This document shows positions 27,762 through 37,324 of a stretch of DNA of 64,000 bases, in pieces. This DNA comes from an uncultured delta proteobacterium (GTDB lineage: Bacteria > Desulfobacterota > DSM-4660 > Desulfatiglandales > HGW-15). Each line of letters starts with the position of its first letter. Within the stretch, counting starts at the first letter, position 1. The translations under genes and the position numbers were made by a program. Under the pieces are notes generated by a model that worked only from the letters and a program-made list of their open reading frames with translations, did not search any database and was not told the origin of the DNA. Location of the stretch: the NCBI GenBank assembly GCA_963707125.1, contig CAVPOU010000004.1:84241-148240 (forward strand), given 5' to 3'.

Positions 27762-29057
27762 TCAGCGTTTCTTCGCGCGCCGTACATAAGACCCCACCCG
27801 GCCGATCTGCAACTGCCACCAGCCGAACGTTTCGGTGAGCCACTTGTAAACGGCGGCGCCGACCAGCGTGCCGAGAGCGACCGAGGTGATCACAAACACC
27901 ACCATGACCAGGCCTTCGAGCCCGGCAGCGCGGTCGCTCAGCATGCGCGTGACGCTCAGCAGGCCCAAGGCGCCCGGTACCAGCAGCCAGAAGGCGGGCA
28001 GGAAGGTCACGGTTGCCGGCGGACCGCGGAAGCGGAGCTGAATCAGGTAGCCCAGCGGTGTGGCCACCAGCGTGCCGAAGAACCCGCTGATCTCGCACCC
28101 CAAAAACCCTCCCGCGAGCCGCTGCGCCGCAAAGGCGATCAGCAGCACCAGGAGAATCCAGTGCAGGGAATTTCGCGGCGCCGAGAAGTGAAGATAAACT
28201 CCCAGGCCGAACACCAAGACGCCGGCCCAGGCGGCCTCCACTATTTTCACGTAATGCGCGGCGGAGTAGGTCAGGTCGTTGGGGCTGTAGCCGACGAGCA
28301 CGGCGCCCACCGCGAGACCGAACGCCAGCAGCACCAGTTGCACGAAGCCGGCGATCAGGCGGCTTGCGCCGCTCACCATGTCGCCGTAGGCGAGCTCCAC
28401 CATGCCGAGTGCGAGCATGCCGCCCGGCAGGAAGGTTATCAGCGGCGGCACCAGCGCGTGCAGGGGATCCACCGGCAGTCCATACTTCACTGCGAGGAAA
28501 ACGAGCGCGGAGACAAGCGCCGCGGCGATCACCGGCAGCGGCACCGCCTGCACGGCGCGCCCGCGGTTGGACAGTTTCACCGCGCCCACGATGAAACCAA
28601 GCCCTGCCGCCGCCGCCAGGTTGGCGGCCGTCGGCATCAGCACCATCGCCAGGCCGACGGTTAGAATCGTGTGGCCCACGACGATCCCGGCGGCACCGAA
28701 GCGCGCCTTCTGCGCCAGGATCGCCGAGAGCCGCTGCAGGCCCTCGCCCGGCGCCACCTCCGCTTTCTGGGCCGCCTCGCCCAACGCGTAAATGCCGCCG
28801 ATCTGGTCCAGTCGCAGCGTCTGCGGTTCGCATTGGACCAGGGTCACGCGCTCGCCTGCTTCGTCATGAATCGAAATGAACAGGGCGGTGGGAAACGCCA
28901 CGGCGCGCGACTTGCGCATCCCGTAGGCCGAGGCCGTGCGGCGCAGGATCAGCTCCACCTTCGCCGTCTGCTCGCCGCACGCTATGTAGGCCTGCCCCAG
29001 CCGGAACATGAACTCGATCAAAGTCGCCGTGTCGGGCGCCGTGGATTCTTTCTTCAC
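27762..29057 (-). CDS. Threonine/serine exporter (ThrE) family membrane protein
   Basis: 431 aa with a GTG start. N-terminal regulatory-like part (..FMFRLGQAYIACGEQTAKVELILRRTASAYG..) followed by ~10 TM segments, the typical ThrE (DUF1212+DUF3815) layout. Confidence 0.8.
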   Translation of the reverse strand: MKKESTAPDTATLIEFMFRLGQAYIACGEQTAKVELILRRTASAYGMRKSRAVAFPTALFISIHDEAGERVTLVQCEPQTLRLDQIGGIYALGEAAQKAEVAPGEGLQRLSAILAQKARFGAAGIVVGHTILTVGLAMVLMPTAANLAAAAGLGFIVGAVKLSNRGRAVQAVPLPVIAAALVSALVFLAVKYGLPVDPLHALVPPLITFLPGGMLALGMVELAYGDMVSGASRLIAGFVQLVLLAFGLAVGAVLVGYSPNDLTYSAAHYVKIVEAAWAGVLVFGLGVYLHFSAPRNSLHWILLVLLIAFAAQRLAGGFLGCEISGFFGTLVATPLGYLIQLRFRGPPATVTFLPAFWLLVPGALGLLSVTRMLSDRAAGLEGLVMVVFVITSVALGTLVGAAVYKWLTETFGWWQLQIGRVGSYVRRAKKR

Positions 29058-29096
29058 ATGAATGGTCCCAAAATGGTCTTTACATCGCGAAGCCGC

Positions 29097-30309
29097 CTAT
29101 TCCTGGGTCGCCAGCGCCACGGCCAAGCGGCAGCCCTTGAGGTACTCCGGCACGTTCACGTACTCCTTGACGGTGTGGACCTCGGCCTGTCCCGAGCCGA
29201 AGGTCACCGTCGGCACGCCGTGCTTGACCAGCCAGTTGGCATCGAGGCCTCCGTTCGAGCTGATGACCTCGGGCGTCATCCCGAGCGACTCGACCGCGCG
29301 CCGGGCATACTGCACCGCCGGCGATTTCTCGTCGAGCTTGAAGGGCGGATAGGACGGCTGTGCATCGAACTTGACCTCGGCCATCTCGCCGTCCGAGTTT
29401 TTCACGGCTTCCCGCGCCTTCATGAACGCGTCGCGGTAGCCCGCCGCGATTTTGCCGGCGAACGCGGCATCGTGGCTGCGTGCTTCGCCGGTAATGTGGA
29501 CGTAATCGGTGACGACGTTGGTGGCGTCGCCGGCTGCCTTGCGGTCCTTGCCGCCGAACACGCCCACGTTACTGGTCCCCGCGCCCTCGGGCTTCGTGAC
29601 CTTGCCGAACCAGCCGGCGCGATGCGCTTCGGCGAGTGCGATCGATCCGACGAGCGTGGCGGATATCCCCTTTTCCGGGGCCACTCCGGCGTGCGACGCC
29701 TTGCCCTTGATCTCCGCCTCCCAGTTTTCCTGGCCGACGGCGGCGATGAGCAGCATGTTCGCGTGGGTGGTGTCCACGTTGAAGCACATCCGGCGCTCCC
29801 CCGAGGTCCTTGGGGTCGAGCTCGCGGGCCCCGTGGATCCCGCTCTCCTCGCGGACCGTGAAGAGCAGGGTGAGCGGCGGATGCGGCAGCTTGTGCTTCA
29901 GCAGCGTCTCGACCATGGCGACGATCACCGCGCACCCCGTGCGCGCATCGCTGCCGAGCGCGGTGCTGCCGTCGGTCACGATCCGGTCCCCCTGGCGCAT
30001 CGGTTTGGCGCCGGCACAGAGCGCGACCGTATCCAGGTGGCTCGAGAACAGCAGCCTGTCTCCCTTCCGCGTCCCGGGAAGCTCCACGATCAGATTGCCG
30101 GTCTGCGTGGGCAGCGGGATCTTCTTGTGGACGTTGTCGAACCGGATGGCCGCCGCCGGCACCCCGACTTTCTGAAGTGCGTCCGCGACCGCCTCTGCGA
30201 TCGCCTTTTCCTCGCCGGTGATGCCTTCCACCGTCAGAAAGTTCATCAGGTGCGCTTCAGCGGCACTCACGTCCAGCGGCATGTCTTTCATCGCATTCTC
30301 CTTTAACAT
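29097..30309 (-). pseudogene. M20/M42-type metallopeptidase, one frameshift near 29795-29802
   Basis: The N-terminal piece (ORF 29569..30309: ..LLFSSHLDTV..GSDARTGCAV..FTVREESGIHGAREL..) continues in another frame (ORF 29097..29789: ..FNVDTTHANML..ASHAGVAPEKGIS..). The junction is at a C5/G5 run. Confidence 0.75.
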
Positions 30310-30410
30310 TATTGTTTTTGTCTAACAGTTTAGCTCTTTGAAATGGATGGCCTTTTTCTGTGTTTATTTCAAAGAGCTAAACTGTTACGTTTTTGTTATT
30401 CCGGCCGGCG

Positions 30411-31956
30411 CTAAAAGCCCCACGGCAGACCGAGCAGGTACCAGACGGCAAACAGACCCGTCCACGCAACGGTCATCCACACCGCGTAGGGCAGGAGCAG
30501 CGCCACCACAGTGCCGATGCCGGTGTTTTTGGCGTACTTCTGTGCAAACCCGACGACCAGCGCGAAATAGGCATTGAGCGGCGTCAGCGTGTTGGTCGGC
30601 GAGTCGCCGACGCGATACGCCGACAACACGGCCGCGGGGTCCACATTCAGGGTCACGAAGAGCGGCACGAAGACCGGCGCGAAGATCGCCCACTTGGCGA
30701 TCGCGGGCGTGAACACAATGTTCAACGCGGTGACCACGAGGATGAACCCCAGGAGCATCCAGATCGAGCCGATATTCGCGGCTTTGAGGGCGTCGGCCAT
30801 CGTCACCGCCATCAGCGTCGGCAGGTTGCTGTAGTTGAAATAGGCGATGAACTGGCTGATGACCAAAAACAGCAGGATGCGTTCCGCCGAGCCCGCTGAT
30901 CGCTTTGGTCATGGCGCCGATGACGTCGGCGCTGCTCTTCATCGTGGCGGCCCCGATGCCGTAAGCGACGCCGGCCGCGAGGAACACGAACATGATCGCG
31001 ACGATCAGCCCGTTCATGAACGGTGAGTTGCCGATCAGCGCGCCGGTTTCCGGATTTCGCAGCGGAGCGCCGGACGGCAGGGTCAGGAGCCCGAAAATCC
31101 CTAGCACCAGAACCAGAGCGACCGCGGCAAAGGCGAGACCGCGCCACTCGGCGGCCGCCAGGCTGGAGCCCTGCGCGGCTGGCTCAGTGCCCTCGGCGTG
31201 ACTCGGATCAAACTTGCCCAGCCGCGGCGAGATGACGCGATCGGTGACCAGCGCGATCACGATCACGAGCAGTGGCACCGAAACGATCGAAAACAACAGA
31301 CCGGAGGTTAGTTCGATCGTTCGCGTCGGGTCCACCATGCGGATCGCGTCGTTGGTCAGTTCGGTCAGCACCGCGTCCAGCGGCTTGATGAGCATGTTGA
31401 CGTTGAAGGCGCCGGCCACCGCTGCGAACCCCAGCGCGATGCCCGCCAGCGGGTGCCGGCCGAGGCTGAGGAACGCGGCGCCGGCCAGCGGGATCAGGAC
31501 CACATAGCCGGCATCTGCGGCAATGCTGGAGAGCACGCCGACGAAGGCCAGCAGGTACGTGATCGACCAGGCCGGCGCGACCGCCACGATCATGCGGATC
31601 AGGGCCTTGATGAGTCCGGCTTCCTCGGCCACGCCGACGCCCACCATCGCCACGACGAGGAGCCCGATCGCGGCGAACCCCATGAAGTTGGGCACCAACC
31701 GGACGTAAATGTCGCGGATCCCGCTCGCCGTGGCGAGGCTGCGCGCCTGCGTCGTAGCGGTCTCGATCGCGTGCGTCTCCGGATTGATCACCTGGTAGGT
31801 GACGCTCGCGCCGGTCGCTTCCAGAATGAAGGAGAGGACGATGACAAACCCAATCAGGATCAGGAAGATGATCACCGGATGCGGGACCCGGTTGCCGACT
31901 TGCTCGACGGTGTCCAGGAACCGCTGCATCATCGATTTGGGTGCTCTGGAGGTCAC
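30411..31956 (-). pseudogene. AbgT-family (p-aminobenzoyl-glutamate/dipeptide) transporter, one frameshift near 30875-30887
   Basis: ORF 30385..31956 is AbgT-like (..FLDTVEQVGNRVPHPVIIF..) up to ..AMTKAISGLGG. It then continues as ILLFLVISQFIAYFNYSNL.. in ORF 30411..30866. Confidence 0.75.
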
Positions 31957-32070
31957 AGCTCCTCGTCAGATGGGCATCGATATAAGAGAGTCCTCCGGAG
32001 AAGGACCGATATCGGCTCGCGCCGGGAGACTCCATAACCCCGTTTGAAACTGCAAGCGGTCGCAGCGGCG

Positions 32071-33052
32071 TTAGTGATACGGCGCGAACGCCGCGGCAAC
32101 GTCGGCGCCTTTTCCGCCGCGCATGACGAGGCCGAGCAGCAGCCGCGCCTTGAGGCCCGAGAGGCAGCCCGCGGACACGACACCGCGCTTGATCAGGTCG
32201 ATTTCCGCTCCGGGATAGCCGTAGGTGCGGGTGAAGACATGGCCCGTCATGGCACGGCTCGCGAGCACCACCGGTATTTTGGCCGCCAGGTCGCCGACGA
32301 TGGGAGCCACGTCCGCATGCACGTGGCCGGCGCCCATCCCCTCGATCACCACCCCCGCGTAGCCCAGGCCGGGCAGCGATCCGAACAGGCGCCCGTCGTC
32401 GCCCATGGCGGCCTTGATGAGCGCCACCGGTGCGGGCGGGCCCTCTGCGGCCGGCAGGGTGGGGTTGCGCGTCACGCGCACATAGAAGCGCGGCTGCCGT
32501 TCGATGAGGGTGCCGATCGGCCCGACCAGCGGCGAGAGAAACGCCGAGGGCAGGGCGGTGTGCGATTTTTGAACGAAACGCGCCGCATGAATGTCGTAGT
32601 TGAGGACCGCGAGCGTTCCGAGGCCGCGCGACTCCGGGCATGCGGCGACGATGGCCGCCGACAAGAGATTGGCGGGCCCGTCCGCGCCCGGTGCATCGGC
32701 GCCGCGCATGGCGCCCGTGACGACCACCGGCTTGTCGGAGTCGACGAGGAGATCGAGCAGGAACGCCGATTCCTCGATGGTGTCGGTGCCCTGGATCACC
32801 ACCGCGGCGTCGAACCCGGAAGCGAACGCCTCCCGGATCGTGCTCGGCGACTTCGACCAGGTTCGCCGGGGTGAGCGAGGGGCTGGGCAGGCGGAAGGGC
32901 GACCGCGCGTCGATGTCTCCGACTTCGGCGAGCGCGGGCACCGACGCCACCAGCTCGGCGGCGCCCAGTTTGGGGGTGATGCCGCCCGAATCGCTCGGGA
33001 CCATGGTGATCGTCCCGCCGAGCGAGAGAACGAGAAGACGGGGTTTGTTCAT
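32071..33052 (-). pseudogene. L-asparaginase (type I-like), one frameshift near 32845-32857
   Basis: MNKPRLLVLSLGGTITM.. (start 33052) runs to ..TPANLVEVA. It then continues in another frame as STIREAFASGFDAAVVIQGTDTIEESAF.. (ORF 32071..32802). Confidence 0.75.
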
Positions 33053-33071
33053 GGCGTCATCGTCCTTTCCG

Positions 33072-34727
33072 TTAATCTTCACGCTTCGGTTTGGGCGGCG
33101 GCGGATTCGCCGGGATCTCGCCCGGCTTGTAGTCGGGCAGCCGGCCGGCCGGGAAGATCGCCAGCAGGGAAAGCGCCGCCATGATCAGGAGGCCGATCTT
33201 GAGCGCCCGAAGCCGTGCTTCCTCGTTGATGCGCACCGCCTCCTTGATTTTCTCCGGGGGGATGCTGGTGCGCTCCAGGGCCGTCTTCAGCCGTTCATTG
33301 CTCACGAAGGTGATGTTGTTGTCCAGGTCGATCTGGGTCTGGAGCTCCGTTTTCAGTTCCGGGTGCTGGGTCAGCGACGCGAGGATGAAGGCGCTCAACA
33401 GGCCGACGAGCAGCGCGCCCGAGACGGCCGTGCCGACGGCGGCGGCGAGGTTGTTGGTCGTCCCGCGCAGCGAGCCGACGTCACCGGCCAGTTCCTTGGG
33501 CGAGGCGGTGACGAGCACGTTGAACAACAGCGTCACGAGCGACCCCTGGCCGATGCCGAACAGGATCAGCCCGATCATGACGACCGGTGCGCCCCAATCG
33601 TTGCGCACGACCCACGCGAGCCACAGCAGCGCGACCGTGCAGAGGACGAAGCCAGAGCGTCCGATCTGCCGCGGCGTGAGCTTTTGGTAGAGCTTGATGA
33701 TCAGCATCGCCGTGAAGAATACGGTGAGATTGAACGGCATCATCGCGATGGCCGTCTCGATCGGCGAGCGGCCCTGGATGATCTGGATATACAGCGGCAC
33801 GGAGAAGTTGAGCGCGCCCTCCAGCGCGACGACGGCGAACATCGCGTAGACCGCGGCCCGTTCGGAGGCGGAGGCGACCACCTCCAGGGCGAGCAGCGGC
33901 GTCTTTCCGGACGCCGTGCGCCGGCGCGTCCAGACGATGAAGGCCTGCAGCAGCACGATGCCGACCACGATCATGAACGGGGCGGGCGACATGCCGAGCA
34001 GGTCGAACGGAGCGGCAGGGCGCGCGAGACCGAGTCCCCACCGGTTCAGGTTGTTGAAGCCGAAGCTGATGAGGATGATCGCCGCGGCCGTCAGCAGCAC
34101 GCCGAACAGATCGATCTGCACTTCGGGCCGGCCCTTGGCCGGCTTGAGCTTGAAACTCAGGAGGAAGACCAGCGCGGAGACCGCGATCAGGATGGCGAAC
34201 GCAGGCCGCCAGCCGATGTAGGTGCCCAGCACGCCGCCGATCACGAAGGCCAGCACCCCGGCGCCCGCGCGCGCCGAACCGAGGGCGCCGAGCGCGGCGG
34301 CCTGCTGCTCGCCGTGGTACTCGTTGGCGATCAGCGCGACGAGCGAGGGGACCAGCGCAGCGCCCGCGAGGCCGCTCAGGAGCTGGGCGGTCGGCATGAG
34401 GTTGGCGGTCGGACTGAAGGTCATCAGCACCTGAGCCCCTCCGAACAGGATCACCACGGCGCGGAAGATGACCACGGCCCCGAACCGTTGGTTCAACTTG
34501 GCGCCGAGCATGACGAAGCCCGCCACGGCGAGCGAATACATCACGATCCCGGTGGCGACCGTGGTCGGCGGCACGTTGAAACTGTTCACCATGCCGCTCA
34601 GCGCGACCGGCAGCGAGGCCACATTGAAAGACATGATCGCCTGGCCGAAGGCGATGGCGATCATCGGCACCCAGGATTCCCGTTGTCCGGTCTGAGAGCC
34701 GGGCAGTGCATCGGTCTTGGTGGTCAT
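33072..34727 (-). CDS. MFS transporter, 14-TMS drug:H+ antiporter (DHA2/EmrB-like)
   Basis: The start at ATG 34727 has AGGAGA upstream. ~14 hydrophobic segments and a C-terminal hydrophilic tail. Confidence 0.8.
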   Translation of the reverse strand: MTTKTDALPGSQTGQRESWVPMIAIAFGQAIMSFNVASLPVALSGMVNSFNVPPTTVATGIVMYSLAVAGFVMLGAKLNQRFGAVVIFRAVVILFGGAQVLMTFSPTANLMPTAQLLSGLAGAALVPSLVALIANEYHGEQQAAALGALGSARAGAGVLAFVIGGVLGTYIGWRPAFAILIAVSALVFLLSFKLKPAKGRPEVQIDLFGVLLTAAAIILISFGFNNLNRWGLGLARPAAPFDLLGMSPAPFMIVVGIVLLQAFIVWTRRRTASGKTPLLALEVVASASERAAVYAMFAVVALEGALNFSVPLYIQIIQGRSPIETAIAMMPFNLTVFFTAMLIIKLYQKLTPRQIGRSGFVLCTVALLWLAWVVRNDWGAPVVMIGLILFGIGQGSLVTLLFNVLVTASPKELAGDVGSLRGTTNNLAAAVGTAVSGALLVGLLSAFILASLTQHPELKTELQTQIDLDNNITFVSNERLKTALERTSIPPEKIKEAVRINEEARLRALKIGLLIMAALSLLAIFPAGRLPDYKPGEIPANPPPPKPKRED

Positions 34728-34818
34728 GGCATTTATTCTCCTTTCTTGCGTTCGGTTCCTGTTTTCTCGGGCGCCATGCGTGCGGCGCACCGAGGGGTAT
34801 GGGTTCCGGCCGTGCAGA

Positions 34819-35823
34819 TCAAACGGCGGGCTTCGAGGCGAAGAGATTGAGTCCCAGCCGCTCCGAAAGGTATTTGGTGACGCGCTGACCCTTGATGCTG
34901 TTGCCGGCGCCGTCCAGCAGCGGGGAGAAGGTGCCCAGGCCGCCCTTGCCCGGTGACACGGTGACGATGCCGCCGCTCACCCCGCTCTTGCCGGGCAGCC
35001 CGATCTCATAGAGCCAGTCGCCGGAGCGCTCGTAGAGCCCGGCGGTCGCCAGCACCGCAAGCACCCGCTTGGCGACGGCGCCGTCAACCACGCGCTCCTT
35101 GGTCAGCGGATTCACCCCGCCGTCAGCCAGGGTGGCGCCCATCACCGCCAGGTCCTTGACCGTCACGTTCAGCGAGCACTGCTTGGTGTAGACATCGGTC
35201 GACTCCAGCGCATCGAAATAGAGCCGGCCGTATCCCTCCAGCAGCTTGGCGATGCCGCGGTTCCGCTGGTTGGTGGCCGCCTCGGACTCGTACACCTCCC
35301 GGTCGATCGCAAGCGTGCGGCCGGCAAAACGGGACAACCCTTCCCGGATAAACCGCCATTTGGCTTCGGCCGTCTCACCCGGCACGAGGCTGGTGGTGGC
35401 GATCGCCCCGGCGTTCACCATCGGGTTCATCGTGCGGTCCGCATTCAACTCGACGGCCATCACCGAGTTGAAGGGCAGCCCCGTGCTGTTTACGCCGATC
35501 TTGCGGCGCGCCTCCTCGCAGCCTACCGCCTGGGATACGAGAGCGAATACAAAAGGCTTGGAAACGCTCTGGATCGAAAATTCATTCGCCGTATCCCCCA
35601 CGGCGAAGACACGGCCGTTGATGCCGACCACGCACACGCCAAAAAGCTCCCGCGGCGTGCGGGCCAGGGCGGGTATGTAGTCCGCAACCTTGCCCTCATC
35701 CAGGGATTTGTAGCGCCGGTAGGCTTCTTCAATCAGGGTCGCCGCTTCCGGTTCCGGCGGCAGATGGCCGGTGGAAATGGCCGACTGCGCAGCGGCCTCG
35801 TCTACATCGATTTCGGTGAACAT
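34819..35823 (-). CDS. glsA: Glutaminase A
   Basis: 334 aa. ..YIPALA..FSIQSVSKPFVFALV..NPMVNAGAI..GKSGVSGGI.. matches the glutaminase serine-beta-lactamase-like motifs. Confidence 0.9.
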   Translation of the reverse strand: MFTEIDVDEAAAQSAISTGHLPPEPEAATLIEEAYRRYKSLDEGKVADYIPALARTPRELFGVCVVGINGRVFAVGDTANEFSIQSVSKPFVFALVSQAVGCEEARRKIGVNSTGLPFNSVMAVELNADRTMNPMVNAGAIATTSLVPGETAEAKWRFIREGLSRFAGRTLAIDREVYESEAATNQRNRGIAKLLEGYGRLYFDALESTDVYTKQCSLNVTVKDLAVMGATLADGGVNPLTKERVVDGAVAKRVLAVLATAGLYERSGDWLYEIGLPGKSGVSGGIVTVSPGKGGLGTFSPLLDGAGNSIKGQRVTKYLSERLGLNLFASKPAV

Positions 35824-36140
35824 GCCAGCCTCCTTTCACGGCACCGTTTAAGAAACGATAGAACTTTGCAGATTGGTGGATGCAGCAGGGGAAACCGTAC
35901 AGAAAATTTTTATTTTTATAATTACTTCCGATCTAGATGTCAAGGATTTTTCTAGGTGCAAAAAGAATGTTAAACTTTTCAAAATCCTCTTGCGCTAGTG
36001 ATTATTCTCTGTTAATTGTTCCAATTTTGACGGACAAGTATCATTTTAACAGCTCGTCTACAAGACCCTCAAACCGAAGAGGCTCAGAACAGTCGAAACC
36101 GGCTGGGACCCCATGCCCCGGCACTCCTGAAAGGCAGCCC

Positions 36141-37319
36141 ATGCACACGAACCGACACCATGGCTTTGGAAATGTGCGCCACCTCATCCCGGTCGGCGTC
36201 GGCCTTTTCCTTTTCTTGACGGCTGCTTGCGGCCGTCAGGAGGCTCCGGCCCCACCGCCGCCGCCTCCCCCGGCGGTGGTGGTGTCTCCTGTGCCGGCGG
36301 CGACCGTTCCGCTCTACGGGGAATATGTCGCCCGGACCGAGGCGCGCGAAACCGTGGCGATACGCTCCCGGGTGGACGGGTTCATCGAGAAGGTCCTCTT
36401 CGAGGAGGGCGGTCAGGTCAAGGCCGGGCAACTTCTGTTCGTGATCGACCAGCGGCCGTTCAGCGCGGCCCTTCAGGAGGCGCGCGGCAGCCTGGCCCAG
36501 GCCAAGGCCTCGCTCAGCAAGGCCACGCGGGATGTGGCCCGCCTGCAGCCGCTGGTGGCCGAATTCGCCGCCCCGCAGGTGGACCTGGACAGCGCCGAGT
36601 CGGCGGTCGAATTCAGCATGGCCTCGATTGAACGGGCCAAGGCCGCCCTCGCCATCGCCGAGCTGAACCTGAAGTTCAGCGAGATCCGCGCCCCCATCAC
36701 CGGCGTCATCGGCAAGCAGGAGGTCGCGGTGGGAAACCTGGTCTGCCGGGACCAGACCGGTCTGACTTCGATCTCCTCCTGGGACCCCATGCGGACGGTC
36801 TTCAGCCTCAGCGAGGGGGACTATCTGCGCCTGGGACAGCAGCGCCGCGACGACAATCCATTCATCCCGCGCAAAAACGCGGCACCCTTTGAATTGATCA
36901 TGGCCGACGGATCCTTCTACCCGCACCGCGGGAGCTTGAGCTTCCTGGACCGGACCCTGGATCTCACCACCGGCACCCTGAGCGTCTACGTCAGCTTCCC
37001 CAACCCCGACCGGCTGCTACGGCCCGGACTCTTCGGCCGCGTCCGGGTGGTGGTCGAGGCGAAACCCGACACCCTGCTGGTGCCGCAGCGGTCGGTCCAG
37101 GTGATCCAGGGCGTGAGCAGCGTCCTCGTCGTGGACTCGGACGGCCGCGTGGCGCAGCGCGTCGTGACCCTGGGGGAGCGGTTCAAGGATTTCTTCATCG
37201 TCACGGAAGGGCTTAAACCCGGGGAGCGCGTGGTGGTGGAAGGCGTGCAGAAAGCAATCCCGGGCCGGAAGGTCCGGCCCACCGAGCAGCCCATCAAACT
37301 GGAAGCGCTCGGGGGCTGA
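36141..37319 (+). CDS. RND efflux periplasmic adaptor (membrane fusion protein) lipoprotein
   Basis: Lipobox LTAAC. ..YVARTEARETVAIRSRVDGFIEKVLFEEGGQVKAGQLLFVID..IRAPITGVIG.. The start is set at ATG 36141 inside the ORF that opens at 35937. Confidence 0.85.
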   Translation: MHTNRHHGFGNVRHLIPVGVGLFLFLTAACGRQEAPAPPPPPPPAVVVSPVPAATVPLYGEYVARTEARETVAIRSRVDGFIEKVLFEEGGQVKAGQLLFVIDQRPFSAALQEARGSLAQAKASLSKATRDVARLQPLVAEFAAPQVDLDSAESAVEFSMASIERAKAALAIAELNLKFSEIRAPITGVIGKQEVAVGNLVCRDQTGLTSISSWDPMRTVFSLSEGDYLRLGQQRRDDNPFIPRKNAAPFELIMADGSFYPHRGSLSFLDRTLDLTTGTLSVYVSFPNPDRLLRPGLFGRVRVVVEAKPDTLLVPQRSVQVIQGVSSVLVVDSDGRVAQRVVTLGERFKDFFIVTEGLKPGERVVVEGVQKAIPGRKVRPTEQPIKLEALGG

Positions 37320-37324
37320 CGGCC

